From an uncultured Verrucomicrobiota bacterium (GTDB lineage: Bacteria > Verrucomicrobiota > Kiritimatiellia > RFP12 > UBA1067), in the NCBI GenBank assembly GCA_947305775.1, contig CAMZEN010000007.1:61-64060 (forward strand): a stretch of DNA of 64,000 bases, written 5' to 3'. The position numbers and the translations under genes are program-made. Numbering within the stretch: position 1 is the first letter of the stretch; the number at the start of each line of letters is the position of its first letter. Shown here piece by piece: positions 59,811-64,000 of the stretch. Under the pieces are notes generated by a model, which was not told where the DNA came from, did not search any database, and saw only the letters and a program-made list of their open reading frames with translations.

Positions 59811-60828
59811 ACAACCCGCAGATTCGCCGCATATTATCCATGAAAACATGTTTGGCGAAGCTGGAAGCATTAGCGCGACAGGCATCAACCGACCATGGGC
59901 GAGACTCGAATTCCTCTATTGCGCCGCAAAGCGATTCGACGGATTCTTCGCCGAAGAAAAGCCCGGTTTCGCCATCGCGAACGGTCTCGAGCGCACCGCC
60001 TTTGCCGAGCGCGATAACGGGCGTGCCAGCCGCCTGCGCCTCGACCGGGACAATGCCAAAATCCTCGACACCCGGAAAGAGAAGCGCCCTCGCCCCCGCA
60101 TAAATAGACCGAAGTTCGATGTTTGTGACGTTTCCGCCACCGGCAACCACAAGACGCCTGCCCATCCTGCGACATGCATCTTCAGCCAAATCCAGCCGTT
60201 TGTACGATACATTTGCGCCGACAAAGAGGTAGTAGCCTTGGTCGGACCTTTCGACATTCCGGAAGAAATCAACATCTACCGGCGGATGCACGACAACCGA
60301 ATCGCGGCCGTATATCCTCTTTATGCGATCCGCCACAAACGCGGAATTTGCGACAAACTCGTCAACACTCTCGGCGCTCTTCAGATCCTCCTTGCGGAGA
60401 TATCCGGTGAAGAGCGCCATGGCAAGTTTGCCGCCGACTCCTGCGTTCCGGTAATATTCGTCATGCATGTCCCACAAATAGCGCATTGGAGTGTGGCAAT
60501 AGCATATGTGCCGCGCACCCTTCGGCTTTCGGATGCCCTTTACAGGTCCGGATTCGCTGGAGACAATCAGGTCGTACCCGTCCAAGTCAAGCAATCTGGA
60601 CGCGATAGGCATGAGCGGGAGATACGCCTGTGGATGCCTGCGGCCAAGAGGAAGTCGCGATATCAAACTTTCCGTAACACGCCGTCCCTCGAACAGTCCC
60701 TCCATGTTCTTAGGCAGATACGCATGAGTGAAAATATCTGCCTCGGGTAGCAACTCGCCAAGCGCGGCAAGCACCTTCTCTCCGCCACGCACGTTCGTAA
60801 GCCAGTAGTGAAGAAGAGCTGTCTTCAT
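59809..60828 (-). CDS. glycosyltransferase family 4
   Basis: C-terminal GT-B EX7E region EDFGIVPVEAQAAGTPVIA. 339 aa. Confidence 0.75.
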   Translation of the reverse strand: MKTALLHYWLTNVRGGEKVLAALGELLPEADIFTHAYLPKNMEGLFEGRRVTESLISRLPLGRRHPQAYLPLMPIASRLLDLDGYDLIVSSESGPVKGIRKPKGARHICYCHTPMRYLWDMHDEYYRNAGVGGKLAMALFTGYLRKEDLKSAESVDEFVANSAFVADRIKRIYGRDSVVVHPPVDVDFFRNVERSDQGYYLFVGANVSYKRLDLAEDACRRMGRRLVVAGGGNVTNIELRSIYAGARALLFPGVEDFGIVPVEAQAAGTPVIALGKGGALETVRDGETGLFFGEESVESLCGAIEEFESRPWSVDACRANASSFAKHVFMDNMRRICGL

Positions 60829-61742
60829 GTCGAATCCCTCAAAAGGCCTGCAAGTGCGTCCGAATCCTCAACAGCGAAGAGTTTTGCCGCCGCATAGCCC
60901 TTCAGCACATCGCGATTGCCCGGACAGTCCGATGCCATAACCCTTCGCCCTCGTGCAACAGCCTCGAGCAGCAAGTAAGGCATGCCTTCCCATCTGCTCG
61001 GCGCGACAAGCGTCCTGCCGCACACCATGTACACCCCGGCGTCTGGAATCTCGCCGGCGAACTCAACAATGTCAAGAATGCCTCTCTTCGCGGCAAACTC
61101 CTTGTCCGCCGCCAAAGTCTCCCCGCCGCCTATCATTAGAACACGCTTGCCGTCCCTGCGCAAATCTTCCTGAACAGCCGCAATCGCACGCAAAAGGATG
61201 TCCTGTCCTTTCTGCAGATTGAACCGCGCTATGCATACGAACGCGAATTCATCCTTGCCGTAGCGCAAGCCCGTCGCAGGCATTGTGAACTCAGAAAGCT
61301 CCACCGTATTGGGCTCCACCGACACAGGAAGAGATGGACCATACAGTCGCTGGATATCAGCCGCGTCAGTTTCCGTAAGCGCTATCAGACCGTCGCATCT
61401 GCGGTAGAGCCAGCGTTCCAGCCAAAGGCGAAAAGTCCGCTTAAGCCGATTGGCGGCCACCTTCGGCAGAAAGTCGTATTTGCGCAGATGTATGCCGTGC
61501 ACAGTGAAAACGACCTTGCCCTTGGGCCGCGAAAATGGATTACCCAAAAGCTGCACCAACGCCTTCAGGTGGTTGACGTGTATGATTTCCGCGGCCCACT
61601 CGTCCATCTTCGCGGCGGTGCATTCGCCTCGATCCGAGAAGAACACCCGCGTCTCGTCGCCAGGATGCGCAGCGATCTGGCGACGGATATACTCCATCCC
61701 ACCACCAACCGAATCGCGGTCTATGAGATAGGCGATCTTCAT
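60825..61742 (-). CDS. glycosyltransferase family 4
   Basis: …SRWEGMPYLLLEAVARGRRVMASD… 4-bp overlaps with neighbours. Confidence 0.75.
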   Translation of the reverse strand: MKIAYLIDRDSVGGGMEYIRRQIAAHPGDETRVFFSDRGECTAAKMDEWAAEIIHVNHLKALVQLLGNPFSRPKGKVVFTVHGIHLRKYDFLPKVAANRLKRTFRLWLERWLYRRCDGLIALTETDAADIQRLYGPSLPVSVEPNTVELSEFTMPATGLRYGKDEFAFVCIARFNLQKGQDILLRAIAAVQEDLRRDGKRVLMIGGGETLAADKEFAAKRGILDIVEFAGEIPDAGVYMVCGRTLVAPSRWEGMPYLLLEAVARGRRVMASDCPGNRDVLKGYAAAKLFAVEDSDALAGLLRDST

Positions 61743-62611
61743 TTGCGAAACCTCATGGCAACGAATCCTACAACATGCTTTACAAACGAACGGACCCCGC
61801 GACGGCGAATGCTAGCAAGCACTCTGGCAAGAATTCCACTTTTGTTTGCCAAGCGAACATCCTTGGACAGAATATTGAAAGCCTCCCTGAACCTGTCGAG
61901 CTTCCCCGCGGCAGACAGACGGCGTTGAGCTTCCTCCAGTGCGTCGCGCCAGGCGTTCGGAGTTTCGTTTTTCGTCGCCTGGAGCCCACCCCCTCCATGT
62001 ATCCTATATTTATAAAAGACACGGTCGAGAACTGAAATCCTTGATGCGCGGCAAAGGGCCTCGACTGTAAAGGCCAAATCATTAGATCGCGGTATCTCCT
62101 GAAACCGAATATTCTGATCGACAATGAAAGACCTTCTAAACAGCTTGTTCCAAGGACATGTTGCGTATGCCTTCAGGAACCCATCGCTTTGCGGCAAAAC
62201 CGAAATATCTAGCGGCATCGGCGTCACCATTCCAGTGGCGTCGTCAAACTCATCTGCATTGAACACGACGATGTCGGCACCATCTCGTTCCGCAAAATCG
62301 ACAATCGACTTCTCGGCATCTTCCAGAACCACATCATCGGCATCGACAAAATGAAGCCAATTGCCCGTCGCGGCAGAAAGCCCAACATTGCGGGCGGCAC
62401 CTGCCCCGCGACCGCTTTCGCAACGCATTACTTTGACGCGGGAGTCTGCGGCGGCATAATCTTCCAGGATGGACAAAGACTCATCGGCAGAACCATTGTC
62501 CACGCAAATCACCTCGACGTCTCGCAGCGACTGCGAAAGCACCGAGTCCAGACACTCGCGGAGGTGCCGCGCGGCGTTTCGAACCGGGATTATGACGGAC
62601 ACCTGCGGCAT
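61739..62611 (-). CDS. glycosyltransferase family 2
   Basis: VSVIIPVRNAARHL…VEVICVDNGSADES…VDADD. GT-A fold with DxD motif. Confidence 0.8.
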   Translation of the reverse strand: MPQVSVIIPVRNAARHLRECLDSVLSQSLRDVEVICVDNGSADESLSILEDYAAADSRVKVMRCESGRGAGAARNVGLSAATGNWLHFVDADDVVLEDAEKSIVDFAERDGADIVVFNADEFDDATGMVTPMPLDISVLPQSDGFLKAYATCPWNKLFRRSFIVDQNIRFQEIPRSNDLAFTVEALCRASRISVLDRVFYKYRIHGGGGLQATKNETPNAWRDALEEAQRRLSAAGKLDRFREAFNILSKDVRLANKSGILARVLASIRRRGVRSFVKHVVGFVAMRFRK

Positions 62612-63546
62612 AAGACCCCGAATGCATGTTTGACCATGTAGACGAACCCACGACAGCGAAATCGAATGTACAGTCTGTACATGCGTTCCTTCAACGAAGG
62701 CACGGTCCCTTCCAACCTATGTATCTGCAAAAGATAGACAGCGCGACGCTCCTTTAGGGCAAGCATCAATCGCCGATTCAACCCGCCGCGCTCCAACAAC
62801 CCGCAGACTTCATCGTAACACATACGATAGCCGTCGAGATGACGGGGCGACGATATGGACGCCATCGAACTTCCCTCGTGGACCTTGCGGCGGTACAATC
62901 GCCATGGCCTGTGGCTGGTGCGTGCGGCGGCAATCATCACCCGCGTCATGAAAATGTCATCTTCGTGGAATATTCTGCAATTGGGGAATCGGATGCCGCA
63001 CTTTGACAAGAATTCCCGACGAAAAAGAGCTATCCATAGGCACACGCAATACTCATTGCGCTTCAAAAAACGGGCAAACAATTCCGATCCATCATAGATG
63101 CCCGAATAATAATTCCCTTCGCGAACATAATCCTTTGGATTAACCGATGCTTTACCGGCATCAAATCCAGCATCTACCGTGGTTTCCGCGTCGAAAAAGA
63201 GAGCATCCAACTGCCCGCGATCAGCCTCGCAAACCAGGCGTTCCAACGCATCGGCGGAGGCCAATTCGTCGTCCGCGTCCATGAAGTAGACATATTTACC
63301 GACGGCTCTTTCTAGTCCATAATTGCGAGCCATCCCCTGTCCGGAATTCTTCTGGGCAAGCAGTACTACGCGGTTGTCCTTTGCGACATACTCCGCCAGA
63401 ACCGCCGCGCTACCGTCCGTAGAGCCGTCGTCAACGCAAATGACTTCAATGTCGCGAAGCGTCTGGCCGAGAACTGAGTCAAGGCATTGTCGAAGATAGC
63501 ATCCAGCGTTGTAAACTGGAATGACTATGGATACCCTATGCGTCAA
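62590..63546 (-). CDS. glycosyltransferase family 2
   Basis: VSIVIPVYNAGCYL…IEVICVDDGSTDGS…MDADD. GT-A fold. Confidence 0.8.
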   Translation of the reverse strand: MTHRVSIVIPVYNAGCYLRQCLDSVLGQTLRDIEVICVDDGSTDGSAAVLAEYVAKDNRVVLLAQKNSGQGMARNYGLERAVGKYVYFMDADDELASADALERLVCEADRGQLDALFFDAETTVDAGFDAGKASVNPKDYVREGNYYSGIYDGSELFARFLKRNEYCVCLWIALFRREFLSKCGIRFPNCRIFHEDDIFMTRVMIAAARTSHRPWRLYRRKVHEGSSMASISSPRHLDGYRMCYDEVCGLLERGGLNRRLMLALKERRAVYLLQIHRLEGTVPSLKERMYRLYIRFRCRGFVYMVKHAFGVLCRRCPS

Positions 63547-63998
63547 TACTGCCTCCCAAAGAACACCCTGCGCAATGTGTACGCCAGACCGTTCTCATTA
63601 TAGCATTGCACTGCTCGCATGACCACGCCCGGACAGCACGACAAAATCCACTTTGGCATGTTGCCGAATTTGCAACCCACCAAATCGAGACGGAAGACGT
63701 CAGCCATACGACATATCTTCTTGAAGTCTTTCTTTCTGGACCTTTCAAGGGCTTGATCCGCGTGTCTCAACCTCTCTGCCTCGTTGACAAACGAAAGCGC
63801 ATGCTGGCGCACCCATTTTCTAGTTTCGCTCTGCTCCGGGAAGGTGGAAGCGATGTCAGAAAGCCGCTCTATCAGCGTTTTGACGACATCTAGCCGCGTT
63901 TCATTGTCAGAATGTTTCGTCATTGTCGAGTCGTCCCTTACGAGACGGAGGAAGAGTTCGTCAACGAAACACGCCACGCGCTTCGCTGCGAGCATCAC
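63543..63998 (-). CDS. hypothetical protein, N-terminally truncated by the window edge
   Basis: ORF continues beyond position 64000. No recognisable family. Confidence 0.35.
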   Translation of the reverse strand: MMLAAKRVACFVDELFLRLVRDDSTMTKHSDNETRLDVVKTLIERLSDIASTFPEQSETRKWVRQHALSFVNEAERLRHADQALERSRKKDFKKICRMADVFRLDLVGCKFGNMPKWILSCCPGVVMRAVQCYNENGLAYTLRRVFFGRQY

Positions 63999-64000
63999 CC

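Overview
This is a high-GC (~60%) bacterial chromosomal segment, gene-dense and mostly on the minus strand. PEP-CTERM sorting signals point to a Verrucomicrobia-, Lentisphaerae- or Kiritimatiellae-like lineage. Three parts stand out.

1. Accessory island, 1-10.3 kb. It holds a tyrosine recombinase, three hypothetical membrane or secreted proteins, and three paralogous 'A-B' gene pairs. Each pair is a secreted protein with a tandem-repeat domain followed by a PEP-CTERM protein. The pairs share near-identical 5' leaders, signal peptides and PEP-CTERM tails but have variable middles. They sit around an IS200-like (REP-associated tyrosine transposase, RAYT-like) Y1/HUH transposase gene flanked by REP-like hairpins, plus a deletion derivative of that gene.

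2. Housekeeping block, 10.3-52 kb. Genes with recognised symbols include prfA, rpmE, pyrE, exbB, exbD, era, a predicted rpiB-glyA fusion, coaB, purL, holB, tmk, a tad pilus core with an FHA-CpaF ATPase, fhs, pyrF, cca, rsfS, pckG and rfbC. A 1964-aa alpha-2-macroglobulin homologue and a formylglycine-type sulfatase are also present.

3. Repeat-flanked cassette, 52.9-58.9 kb. Two near-identical ~500-bp direct repeats flank a ~6-kb cassette. Each repeat contains REP-like hairpins, three 21-bp-spaced iterons, an 18-bp palindrome and a C12/A9-10 homopolymer hairpin. The cassette encodes a large secreted Ig-like protein, an ECF sigma factor translationally coupled to a Ser/Thr-kinase-FGE-domain fusion, and fragmented Fic genes. 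It is followed by a palindrome-rich noncoding region and a GT4/GT2 glycosyltransferase cluster.

A recurrent extended -10 box, TGGTATAAT, appears upstream of many genes. Many long antisense ORFs in the six-frame track are GC-driven artefacts.
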